A stretch of DNA of 64,000 nucleotides. Origin: Mobula hypostoma. Lineage: Eukaryota. The position numbers and the translations under genes were made by a program. The stretch's first letter is position 1. Each line of letters starts with the position of its first letter. Below, in pieces: positions 25,231 to 36,329 of the stretch. The notes beneath the pieces are model-generated. The model made no database searches. It was given only the letters and a program-made list of their open reading frames with translations, and had not been told where the DNA came from. The stretch lies in NCBI RefSeq assembly GCF_963921235.1, contig NC_086108.1:86244001-86308000 (forward strand), in the 5' to 3' direction.

Positions 25231-28200
25231 AACATAGAACATAGAATAGTACAGCACAGTACAGGCCCTTTGGCCCACAATGTTGTGCCGACCCTCAAAC
25301 CCTGCCTCCCATATAACCCCCCACATTAAATTCCTCCATATACCTGTCTGGTAGTCTCTTAAACTTCACTAGTGTATCTGCCTCCACCAGTGACTCAGGC
25401 AGTATATTCCACGTACCAACCACTCACTGAGTGAAAAACTTTCGTCTAATATCCCCCTTGAACTTTCCACCCCTTACCTTAAAGCCATGTCCTCTTGTAT
25501 TGAGCAGTGGTGTCCTGGGGAAGAGGTGCTGGCTATCCACTCTATCTATTCCTCTTATTATCTTGTACACCTCTATCATGTCTCCTCTCACCCTCCTTCT
25601 TCCCAAAGAGTAAAGCCCTAGCTCCCTTAATCTCTGATCATAATGCATACTCTCTAAACCAGGCAGCATCCTGGTAAATTTCCTCCGTACCTTTTCCAAT
25701 GCTTCCACATCCTTCTTATAGTGAGGCAACCAGAACTGGACACAGTACTCCAAGTGTGGCCTAACCAGAGTTTTATAGAGCTGCATCATTACATCGCGAC
25801 TCTTAAACTCTATCCCTCGACTTATGAAAGCTAACACCCCATAAGCTTTCTTAACTACCCTATCCACCTGTGAGGCAACTTTCAGGGATCTGTGGATATG
25901 TACCCCCAGATCCCTCTGCTCCTCCACACTACCAAGTATCCTGCCATTTACTTTGTACTCCGCCTTGGAGTTTGTCCTTCCAAAGTGTACCACCTCACAC
26001 TTCTCCAGGTTGAACTCCATCTGCCACTTCTCAGCCCACTTCTGCATTCTATCAGTGCCTCTCTGCAATCTTTGACAATCCTCTACACTATCTACAACAC
26101 CACCAACCTTTGTGTCATCTGCAAAATTGCCAACCCACCCTTCTACCCCCACATCCAGGTCATTAATAAAAATCAGGAAAAGTAGAGGTCCCAGAACAGA
26201 TCCTTGTGGGACACCACTAGTCACAATTCTCCAATCTGAATGTACTCCCTCCACCATGACCCTCTGCCTTCTTCAGGCATCCCATCCTGAATCCACCTGG
26301 CCAAACTTCCCTGGATCCCATGCCTTCTGACTCTCTGAATAAGCCTACCGCATAGAACCTTGTCAAATGCCTTACTAAAATCCATATAGATGACGTCCAC
26401 TGCACTACCCTCATCTATCTGCCTGGTCACCTCCTCAAAGAACTCTATCAGGCTTGTTAGACACAATCTGCCCTTCACAAAGCCATGCTGACTGTCCCTG
26501 ATCAGACCATGATTCTCTAAATGCCCAGAGATCCTATCTCTAAGAATCTTTTCCAACAGCTTTCCCACCACAGAGTATGGCTGACTGGTCTATAATTACC
26601 CGGACTATCCCTACTACTTTTTTTGAACAAGGGGACAACATTCGCCTCCCTCCAATCCTCCGGTACCATTCCCGTGGACAATGAGGACATAACGATCCTA
26701 GCCAGAGGCTCAGCAATCTCTTCCCTTGCCTCGTGGAGCAGCCTGGGGAATATTCCATCAGGCCCCAGGAACTTATCCGTCCTGATGTATTTTAACTAAT
26801 CCAACTCCTCTTCTCCCTTAATATCAACATGCGCCAGAATATCAACCTCACTCGTATTGTGCTCACCGTCATCAAGTTCCCTCTCATTGGTGAATATCGA
26901 AGAGAAGTATTCATTGAGGATCTCGCTCACTTCCACTGCCTCCAGGCACATCTTCCCACCTTTATCTCTAATCTGTCCTACCTTCACTCCTGTCATCCTT
27001 TTGTTCTTCACATAATTGAAGAATGCCTTGGGGTTTTCCTTTACTCTACTTGCCAAGGCCTTCTCATGCCCCTTTCTTGCTTTTCTCAGCCCCTTCTTAA
27101 GCTCCTATCTTTCTTTCCTATATTCCTCAATAGACCCATCTGATCCTTGCTTCCTAAACCTCATGTATGCTGCCTTCTTCCTCCTGACTAGATTTTCCAC
27201 CTCACTTGTCACCCATGGTTTTTTCACCCTACCATTCTTTATCTTCCTCGCCAGGACAAATTTATCCCTAACATCCTGCAAGAGATCTCTAAACATTGGC
27301 CACATGTCCATAGTACAGTTCCCTGCAAAAACATCATCCCAATTCACACCCGCAAGTTCTAGCCTTATAGCCTCATAATTTGCCCTTCCCCAATTAAAAA
27401 TTTTCCTGTCCTCTCTGATTCTATCCTTTCCCATGATAATGCTAAAGGCCAGGGAACGGTGGTCACTGTCCCCCAGATGCTCACCCACTGAGAGATCTGT
27501 GACCTGACCCGGTTCATTACCTAGTACTAGATCTAGTATGGCATTCCCCCTAGTCGGCCTGTCCACATACTGTGACAGGAATCCGCCCTGGACACACTTA
27601 ACAAACTCTGCCCCGTCTAAACCCTAGGAACTAATCAGGTGCCAATCAATATTAGGGAAGTTAAAGTCACTCATGATAACAACCCTGTTATTTTTGTACC
27701 TTTCCAAAATCTGCCTCCCAATCTGCTCCTCTGTATCTCTGCTGCTACCAGGGGGCCTATAGAATACCCCCAACAGAGTAACCGGTAGGCTCCCCTCCTG
27801 TTCCTGACTTCCATCCATACTGACTCAAAAGAGGATCCTGCTACATTGCCCACCCTTTCTGTAGCTATAATAGTATCCTTGACCAGTAATGCCACCCCTC
27901 CTCCCCTGTTTCCGCCCTCTCTATCCCTTTTAAAGCACTGAAATCCAGGAATATTGAGAATCCATTCCTGCCCTGGTGCCAGCCAAGTGTCTGTAATGGC
28001 CACTACATCATAATTCCATGCATGTATCCAAGCTCTCAGTTCATCACCTTTGCTCCTGATGCTTCTTGCATTGAGGTACACACACTTCAGCCCTTCTACC
28101 TTACTACATTTACACCCTTTATTCTGTTTCTCTTTCCTCAAAGCCTCTTTATAGGTTAGATCTGGCTTTACTCCACACACTTCTTTCACTGCTCTATCGC

Positions 28201-28360
28201 TCTGGGTCCCATCCCCCTTGCAAATTAGTTTAAATGCTCCCGAACCATGCCAGCAAACCTACCTGCAAGGATATTGCTCCCCCTTGAGTTCAGGTGCAAC
28301 CCATCCAATCTGTACAGGTCCCATCTTCCCCATAATAGATCCCAATGATCCAAAAATTTA
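25227..28360 (-). mobile_element. CR1 LINE, relatively young: ORF1 C-terminus, complete but frameshifted ORF2, 3' UTR
   Basis: Endonuclease 27671-28189 (LKCVYLNARSIRSK, YDVVAITDTW), GVFYRPP, LDLVL, GDSDH; RT 26221-26571 and 25424-26257 (SGVPQGSVLGP, FADD, LVRPHLEYC); (tctatgt)n tail. Confidence 0.95.
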
Positions 28361-28439
28361 AAGGTAGTGGAACAAGATAGCAAGATAATGCAATAAACAA
28401 AATGCTAAATGGGACTGGAGCAGAGAATCTTGATGGATG

Positions 28440-28575
28440 CATTCCTGATGGAGTGCTGCATTGTCAGAGATGTTGTCTTTTTGCACAAGACATTAGAGGA
28501 CTCCTTTACTTGCTGTGTATTGATCTCATGGCACTATTTCACAGAAGGACAAGTCAGTTACTCTTGGCTTCCCAG
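28440..28575 (+). mobile_element. DeuSINE remnant
   Basis: ctgatggagtgctgcattgtcagagatgttgtcttt..gatctcatggcactatttcacagaag resembles the Deu-domain core. Confidence 0.6.
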
Positions 28576-28579
28576 CTAG

Positions 28580-29360
28580 TTACAGAAAGACACGAGGAAT
28601 AGGATTTTGTCCCTTTGAGCCTATGATAAGAGGCTTAGACGAGGATGGTAAGGACCCAAGTGCTGAAGTATCCGAGACTAGAATGAACATACGATTTCGA
28701 GACTGAAATCAGAACAGGGTGCTTGAATAAGGGTTAGACGAGAACCTGACAAGACTAGAGAAGAATCCAAATAAGACAGAAATCCTAAACACAGTGACAG
28801 AATGTGTCAGAGATGAGATGACGATTTAGCACTGAACCTGAGTTCAGGTGCTTTTTAAATATCCGCATCTTGGCGGCAAAAAAACCATGTCCATCAATTA
28901 GTAGAGCAGGTGAGAATTTTTAAAGAGACCGTGCCAGCTATCCATGCTCCAGAGAATCGAAGCGTCCAAACCCAGGAAGTTGGCATGGTTGAATGCATAC
29001 CATATCAGAGCCTGCTTGGTAATTCAATAAGATCATGCTGATATTCTCAAATAGCATTTTCCAGCCATATTTCTCAATTCCTTGAATATCTAGGAACTAT
29101 CTACTGCATTCCTGTTTGGATTGCAATCAGTGATTGAGTTTCACTGCCTTTTCGAATAGAGAATTGTAAAGATTCACTGCCTCTGTGTGATTATTTCTCC
29201 TCATTTCTGTCCTACATATCCACCCCTTTCCTCGGGACTGTGACATTTAGTGCTAAAGACTTTAGTCAGAAGTTTCCATCTGCTGAGCATACTATGGATT
29301 TTATACATTTCGATTTTCCTAAACTCCAGAGAGCAGGAGCCTAGTATACTAAATGTCTCT
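28580..29360 (-). mobile_element. Old CR1 3' end split by a solo LTR
   Basis: gagcctgct..attcaataagatcatg; gagaattgtaaagattcactgcctctgtgtga..tttctcctcatttctgtccta. Confidence 0.65.
28624..29007 (-). mobile_element. Solo LTR-like insert, 384 bp
   Basis: Ends tgataag...catatca (6/7 inverted match); flanking duplication gagcct at 28617-28622 and 29008-29013; minus-strand gcacttgggtcc motif shared with LTR 244-936. Confidence 0.72.
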
Positions 29361-29526
29361 TTATACAGCATAAAAAGTTAATCCTTTCTGCAGGTAAGAA
29401 GACTAAAAGAATATGAATTACCACATGTCTAGTCTCAGTAAGCTTCATCAAGACTTATATAATTGTGGAACAATAACTTTACTGTTGTACTCAAATCTTT
29501 TTGCAAAAGAATCCAAGCTACAAATG

Positions 29527-30120
29527 CAAACAACAGGAATTCTGCAGATGCTGGAAATTCAAGCAACACACATAAAAGTTGCTGGTGAACGCAGCAGGCC
29601 AGGCAGCATCCCTAGGAAGAGGTGCAGTCGACGTTTCAGGCCGAGACCCTTCGTCAGGACTAACTGAAGGAAGAGTGAGTAAGGGATTTGAAAGTTGGAG
29701 GGGGAGGGGGAGATCCAAAATGATAGGAGAAGACAGGAGGGGGAGGGATGGAGCCAAGAGCTGGACAGGTGATAGGCAAAAGGGATACGAGAGGATCATG
29801 GGACAGGAGGCCCGGGGAGAAAGACAAGGGGGGCGGAACCCAGAGGATGGGCAAGGGGTATATTCAGAGGGACAGAGGGAGAAAAAGGAGAGTGAGAGAA
29901 AGAATGTGTGTTTAAAAATAAGTAACAGATGGGGTACGAGGGGGAGGTGGGGCATCAACAGAAGCTAGAGAAGTCGATGTTCATGCCATCAGGTTGGAGG
30001 CTACCCAGACGGAATATAAGGTGCTGTTTTTCCACGTCCCATTCCCATTCTGACATGTCTATCCACGGCCTCCTCTACTGTAAAGATGAAGCCACACTCA
30101 GGTTGGAGGAACAATACCTT
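29527..30120 (-). mobile_element. Young Penelope-like 3' fragment with an inverted 5' segment
   Basis: 29570-30034 is close to the reverse complement of ~41180-41660; 30031-30120 is a plus-strand piece (STSHSHSDMSIHGLLYCKDEATLRLEEQ). Confidence 0.92.
29625..29662 (-). ncRNA. Minimal type I hammerhead ribozyme, canonical core
   Basis: Minus strand: tagtc CTGACGA a ggg tctcgg cct GAAA cg TC gactg. GUC triplet and ACGU palindrome present; predicted cut between 29630 and 29629. Confidence 0.85.
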
Positions 30121-30575
30121 TCAATAAGAGCATGGCTGGTCTGGCTGTGGACTCAACTCACCTATCTGCCTTTCCCCCACAAACCTTAATTCACATGCTA
30201 TCCAAAAATCTATCCAACTGTGTCCAAAATATTTTTCATCATGTGCCCTCTATTGCTTCTCTAGGGAAATACTTCCACAGATGCACTACTCTGTAGAAAA
30301 AGCAGTTTCTCCTCACCTCCATCCTAAATCTATTCTAGCCTGAACCTTGAGGCTATGTTCCCTATTTCTAGTCACTCTTATCAGTGGAAACAATTTTCCT
30401 ACTTCTATCTTATCCATCGCCTTCATAATTTTTTATGTTTCTATAAGATTTCCTCTCATTCTTCTGAATTCCTGTGGGTATAGCACAGATGACTCAATCT
30501 GTCTTCATAGATTAGAACTCATATCTCCGGAATCAACCTGGTGACCCTCCTCTGCACCGCCTTCAAAACAAGCAT
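30121..30575 (-). mobile_element. CR1 3' fragment
   Basis: Reverse complement of the CR1 ORF2 end and 3' UTR (tcaataagagcatggctg..; aacctggtgaccctcctctgcacc). Confidence 0.75.
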
Positions 30576-30576
30576 A

Positions 30577-31290
30577 CGGTGCCTTGAAAAAGTATTCAGC
30601 CCCAATTATTGTTCACATAAATGAGTACTACAACCACTGATTTTATCAATTTAACTGAGAATTTGTATTTGTAAATCACATGCTCCTTTTGTTCAAAGTA
30701 GAGTCAAAAACTGGGCAATTATAAAGCATGAATAACTAAAAATGCAAAAGCTGAAATGTCAGAGGTTCAAAAGTATTCATCTCTCTTTGCTCAGCACTTA
30801 GTTGAACCTCCTCTCACAGCTATTATAGCTATTGAATAAGTCTCTATTAGCTTTGCACATTGTGATGGTGCAAGGTTTGCCCATTCCTCCTTGCAAAATT
30901 GGTCAAGCTGTGCCAGGTTAGTTGGAGAACGGTGGTGGACAGCAATCTGGAGATCTTGCCGGAGATGTTCGATTGGGTTAAGGTCAGGACTCTGACTGGG
31001 CCACTCAAGGACATCAATTTTCTTCATTTGAAGCCACTCCACGGTTGCTCTGGCAATGTGCATTGGGTTGTTGTCCTGATGAAAGATGAACTTTCTCCCC
31101 AGTTTAAGCTTTCTGGCAGAGGCTCTGTATTTAGTAGGTTGTTACCTGGCTGATGCACAATATTAGATTTATGCCACACATACTACTTAGTGTTGAGGCC
31201 AAGAAGTTCCACTTTAGTTTAATTCAACCACAAAACTTTCTTCCACACCTTTACAGTATATTCTAAGTGATGCATTGCAGTCTTTTTTTA
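30577..31290 (-). mobile_element. Tc1 transposon fragment: one IR/DR end and transposase C-terminus
   Basis: TA + cggtgccttgaaaaagtattcagcccc; inner DR aaaagtattcat at ~30769; ORF 30791-31063 with VLEWPSQSPDLNPIEHL (DD34E glutamate). Confidence 0.88.
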
Positions 31291-31324
31291 GCAGTACGTG
31301 TATTTGATTTCGTTTTTTATCAAC

Positions 31325-31846
31325 AGAGCCATTCTATCCCCTCTGCCTACCTACCTGTCCTTTCAATAAAAGATGTATCCTTTGATTTTAAGTTCCCAAC
31401 TATGATCTTCTTTCAGCCATAACTCACTGATGCCCACAACATCAAAACTGTCAATCTCTTAACCGTGTTACAAGATCATGTACCTTATTCTGTACACTGT
31501 ATGCATTCAAATGTAACATCTTCAGGTATGTATTCATCATCCTTTTCAATTTTCCCCCCATTGTTACATTTCACCTCATCCCACTGACTGCAATTTTGCC
31601 CTGTCATGTTCCTGTCCTTCCTCATAGTCTTACTACACACTGAATCAACTTGTATACCACCTGTCCCACCCTCAGGCTTATCACTCCGGTTCTCATCGCC
31701 CAGCCAAATTAGTTTAAACCCTCCCCAACAGCTCTAGCAAACCTTCCCACAAGGATATTAATCAGCCTCATGTTCCAGTGTAACTTGTCCTGTTTGTACA
31801 TTTCATATCCTCCCCAGAAGAGATCCCAGTGATCCAGAAATCTAAG
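31325..31846 (-). mobile_element. CR1 fragment (ORF1 end and endonuclease start)
   Basis: ORF 31709-31906 (RFLDHWDLFWG..DKLHWN..NILVGRFARAVGEGLN) matches the ORF1 end at 20550-20680. Confidence 0.8.
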
Positions 31847-31899
31847 TATGGCCATAGGTGAAGGTTGCACTGACTGCTTACTCACCTTACTTCTCTTGG

Positions 31900-32190
31900 T
31901 GGTCACCCAAGATGGACCTGACTAATATTACAATTTTCTGCAACTTATTCCGATTATGTGCAGTAGCCCCCACCCCATACCAGTCAGTTAGAATGCTCTC
32001 TGCAGTTTATTTGTGGAAATTTTCGAATATTGTAGTTGACAAACCAAATCTTCTCAGCTCCTTATGAAGTATAGCTGCTGTCTTGTCTTCTTTATAGCTG
32101 CATCAATATATTGAGTCAAGGTTAGGTCCTCAGAGATATTGACACCCAGGAACTTGAAATTGCTTACTCTCTCCACTTCTGATCCCCGTA
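31900..32190 (-). mobile_element. Rex1/Babar fragment
   Basis: GSEVERVSNFKFLGVNISEDLT..KKTRQQLYFIR. Confidence 0.8.
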
Positions 32191-32479
32191 TGATTTTTCT
32201 TATGTAATAAGAAATCCTGTTACAAAAGCAAGTGCCTTCTTGTGATAAAAAGTATAACACTAAACAGAAGGATTGGATAAGAATGACTAACTTAGTCTGT
32301 CTCAATTCTGCTCTAAATTTAAATTGTGGTTGATATGTGCCCGTAAACTGACAACGAATAATTTCCTTGGCACTTCAAAAATCCAGTTTTCTTTACCTTC
32401 AGTTTAGCTTTTTGCTAAACATTACAAGGTCTTAGATAGCAGAGATGTTTCAGGTCTAAGGCCTGAAAGCTTCTTCAAT

Positions 32480-32860
32480 GTTGCCATCATATCTGCTTCT
32501 GCCATTTCCTTTGGTAGTGTGTTCCAATCACCTCTCACTCTCTGTATAAAATACTTGCCTTGTAAATCTCCTTTATTTTTTCCCCTCTTTCACCTTGAAG
32601 TTATGCGCTCAAATATTTGACATTTCCAGTCTGGGAAAGAGACTCTGACTACCTACCCTATCAACGTCTCTCAATTTTATATAATGCTCCTAGGTCACCC
32701 TTTGGCCTCCAACATTCCAGGGAAAGTAATCCAAGTTTTTCTAACTGCTCTTTATAGCTAAAACACTATAAATCTAGACAAAATCTTGGTAAACCTCTTC
32801 TGCACTCTCTCCAAAGCCTCCATTCACTTGCTGTCATGCAGTAACCGGAGCTGCACATGA
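32480..32860 (-). mobile_element. Decayed CR1 3' fragment
   Basis: gttccaatcacctctcactctctg; ggtcaccctttggcctcc; cttggtaaacctcttctgcactctctccaaagcctcc. Confidence 0.7.
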
Positions 32861-33949
32861 TAAGAAAAAAAAATAACTTGGGCATAGCAAAATGAGTTGT
32901 AAAATAGAAGAGAATTCCACACTCAGCAGTACTGATTTCCCTTAGTGGTTTTACCAAGGGTGAGTTAATTGGAATATTTTGTGTCAATTAATAATACTGA
33001 CAATTTATTAGCACTTTTAAAGTAAATGGCAAAATGACCATAAAAGCTGAGGTAGCTTTGCGTTTATTGGTTGATTCTGGTTGACAGGTTTATTGTCTTG
33101 TTTTGCATTGATTGCTCCTGCTGTCAGTATCTTGCCTGAGCATTGGTTGCACAGCACCAATCATCTGGTTTGGAGAGGGCGGGGGAACGAAACTTCCCTT
33201 GAGCAGTAGTGCAAAGTCTGTGATATCAAATTAGCAGCCTGTTTTATACCATGCCAGATGAGCAGAAAATGGGGCAGATTGCTAAGTGGTCTGCTTATTC
33301 ACCAGCACAAATTTGGCACTGTTGGTTGTGGTCCACTTCACACCCAACTGTCTTTCATTTGCACTATTTAAATGACTTTTAAGTTGGTATTTCCTTTTCT
33401 TATGCCATGTGTATCAAGTTAAAGGACATTGTCCATGAAAATTTGGTTTTGTGTTTGTGGTTCCAGAATAGAGAAATTTGGTATAGAACGAAGCAGACTA
33501 AGAGTAAAACTGAACTTCTAACACATTAATATGTTCATAGACCAAATACGTCCTCACCCGTTCTTCATTTTTGAGTAGGTGTGGATTATTGCTGAATAAC
33601 GGACATAAAGCTACCGTGATATTGCTGGGCTGAAGTTAATTCAGCTTTGATCACTTTAAGATTTATAATAACTATTCAGGAAATGTGAGTTTCAATCTTT
33701 CTGTTTGGCTTAAATGTAAATCCAGGTACTAAAGCTTAAAGAACAGACTTATGTTGGAAATGTGACATTACAGCAGTTAGCCTGTATTCTTGAAAGGCCT
33801 GTGAGATTATAACAAGACAGAAAAAAACAAATATTTTTATATTTCCTGCTCCCAGGATTAAGTAGTAAATGCAGAGAGAAATTAGTTTTTGATGCTAATG
33901 CTATGGATCAGAGAGAGCAACAATATCTACTTTGCCGACCAGTGCACAT

Positions 33950-34820
33950 TGGAATCACTGTTACACAGTTTGGAACAGGCCTTCATCACAGGTCCTTCAT
34001 GCCGACATAATTGACTGCTTGCGTATGTCCATTTGCTTACATTTGGCTCATATCCTCCATACCTTTCCTATCAATATCTCTCTAAATTGTAATGCTACTC
34101 ACATCGACCACTTCCACTGGCATCTCATTCCACATACTCAGAATCTTCTGTGTGAAAACTATGTCCCTCATGTTCCCACCAAGAATTTCCTCTAAGCTTA
34201 AATCTATGCCTTCTGGTTTTAGACTCCCCTACCTTGAGAACAAAACTATCTATGCCTCTCCTGACTTTATATACCCTTGTAAGGTCACCCCTCAGCCTCC
34301 TACTGAACATGCCAGGGAAAACAATCCCAGCCTTTCCAGTCTTTCCTTACAATTCACACACTCCAGTTATGGTAACACCCTTGGGAATCTCTCCTGCATC
34401 CTCTCTAACTTAATGACATCCTTCCTATAACTTGGTGCTTTGGTGTGGTCATGACCTGCAGCTATCAACACAGTAATGAACTGACTGACTTGTTGGCTCT
34501 GCCCACTGCCATTGGCTCCTGGACCGGCTTCACTCACCTTGTGGCTGTGAACTCACTTTTGGGGATGCAATCTGATGTTTACTGTTATGTGTGTTATTGG
34601 TTCGCTTTTTGATGCTTGCATGATTTGTTCTTTTTTCTCTGATGGTGGTCTTGTCATGTGGGGTTTATGTTTTCTTTCTTCTTTGTTTTGTCACTGTCAT
34701 CAAGAAGACGAATCTGAAAGTTGTATACCGTACACATACTTTGACAATAAATGTACTTTGAACTTTGAACCAGAAATGCACACATTACTCTAAGCATTGT
34801 CTCACCAATATCTTATACAT
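33950..34820 (-). mobile_element. CR1 3' fragment interrupted at ~34440-34770 by a plus-strand LINE-tail element
   Basis: RRLRGDLTRVYKVRRGID..GESKTRRHRFKLRG. The insert ends gacaataaatgtactttgaactttgaac and CR1 sequence resumes after it. Confidence 0.72.
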
Positions 34821-34964
34821 TGGTTTAAGTTATGTTAATAGAATTGACTAAAAGTGGAAGAGTATAATTGCATTTGATATTACAGCTTGCATTTCAGAGC
34901 TAGCCATCAAAAAACATTCTTCCCTCTTGTGATAAACTATATTGTTCATTATTATTCATTTTTA

Positions 34965-35240
34965 GGATGAAAGCTTCACTGGCAAGTACAAAATTGTCCA
35001 CTTGTAAGTGCCAATGGAAAAGTGATGGTGAGCTACTTTCCTGAATCCTGTAGAGTATGTAAGATGAAGGTTTCCATTGCCTTTGGGAATGGAAGGGGTT
35101 CCAGGATTTAAAAAATTACAATGATGAAATATTTCCAAATCAGGACATGGTGCAGATTTAATTGAAGCCTGCAGGATGTGGTTATTTCATGTAACTGGTG
35201 CTGAGTGTTCATGGGTTTGGAAGGTGCTGTCAAAGTAGGC
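34965..35240 (-). mobile_element. Ancient LINE 3'-end remnant (CR1/L2 group)
   Basis: tggtgagctactttcctgaa..gttccaggattt..atatttccaaatcagga resembles a common shark/ray LINE end; family uncertain. Confidence 0.4.
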
Positions 35241-35427
35241 ACTTACTGACTGGTAAAATGTATGCTTATAGAAACCCAGAGTCAGACAGCATGGAAACAA
35301 GTCCCTGGTCCTGTGTTTGGCCTACATCCCCCTGGGCCCTTACTATCCATTCACCTGTCCCAATTCTTTAAAAGGTTGTAGTTGTGCTTGATTAATCCAC
35401 TTCCTCAGGCACCTCATTCCCTATACC

Positions 35428-36198
35428 AATCATCATCATCATCAGGTGCCGTGCCCAGTTTGAGCTTTGACTGCCATGGCCCACACACTCCTGTTTCGGG
35501 TCAAGTGGATCAATTCATTGGTATTCATTTCCAGTTCTCTGGCTGCTGTCTCCATCATCATTTGTCTTTGTCTTCTTCTTGCTTTCTTCCCTTCAATCTT
35601 TCCTATAATTACCATGCATTCTAACTCCTCTTTCCTAATTACATGTCCAATGAAGTTACATTGCCTTTTCATGATCTCATACATTATTTCTCTTTTAGTG
35701 TTTGCTCTGTTCATGACATCCTCGTTAGATATTCATCTCGTCCATGATATTCTTCGCATCTTCCTCAAAAACCACATCTCTGCTGCTTCAATTCGTTTCT
35801 TCATGTTACTAGATATTGTCCAACATTCTGAGCCATATAACATAACTGGATAAATGTAACATTTCAGTACTCTGAGTGGGTTGTCACGCCTAGTTTAGTA
35901 TTGGTCAGTATACTCTTCATTCTCGTAAAGGTGTCTTTTGCCATCCCTATTCTTCTTTTGATGTCCATGTCATACCTGCCATCTGATGTCACCCGGCTTC
36001 CTAAGTAGCAAAAGTTCTGTACTTGTTTTATGTCTTCCCCATTTATTCTCAGCCTGCAGACAGGATTCTCCTTCTTTTTGGATATCACCATACATTCTGT
36101 CTTTTTGCAATTGATAGATAGACCCATTTTTGTACTTTCTTCAACAACTATATCAATTAAGTTTTGTAGTTCTTCCTCCATACTTGCAATTAACACAG
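35428..36198 (-). mobile_element. RTE/BovB-like LINE 3' fragment
   Basis: ORFs 35864-36205 (GLSINCKKTECM, FCYLGS, DIKRRIGMAK) and 35442-35714 (FIGHVIRK, GKIEGKKARRRQR); (tga)n tail. Confidence 0.9.
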
Positions 36199-36329
36199 GA
36201 AACACTAATCATACAAGAAAAATTTGGTCTTCACTTCTTTTTAAATCTTTCCTTTCAAGTGTTAGACTCCTAAGATAAATTTCATGGTAAAGTTTCCTTC
36301 CACTTATAAAGTAAAGTTGATAAACTACA

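Noticed and set aside
25424..28189. Possibly intact CR1 ORF2
   Set aside because: Broken into at least seven ORFs by frameshifts and stops, and ORF1 is 5'-truncated.
29518..29968. 129-146 aa ORFs, mirrored at 41259-41721
   Set aside because: Translations of the low-complexity purine/pyrimidine-biased PLE UTR.
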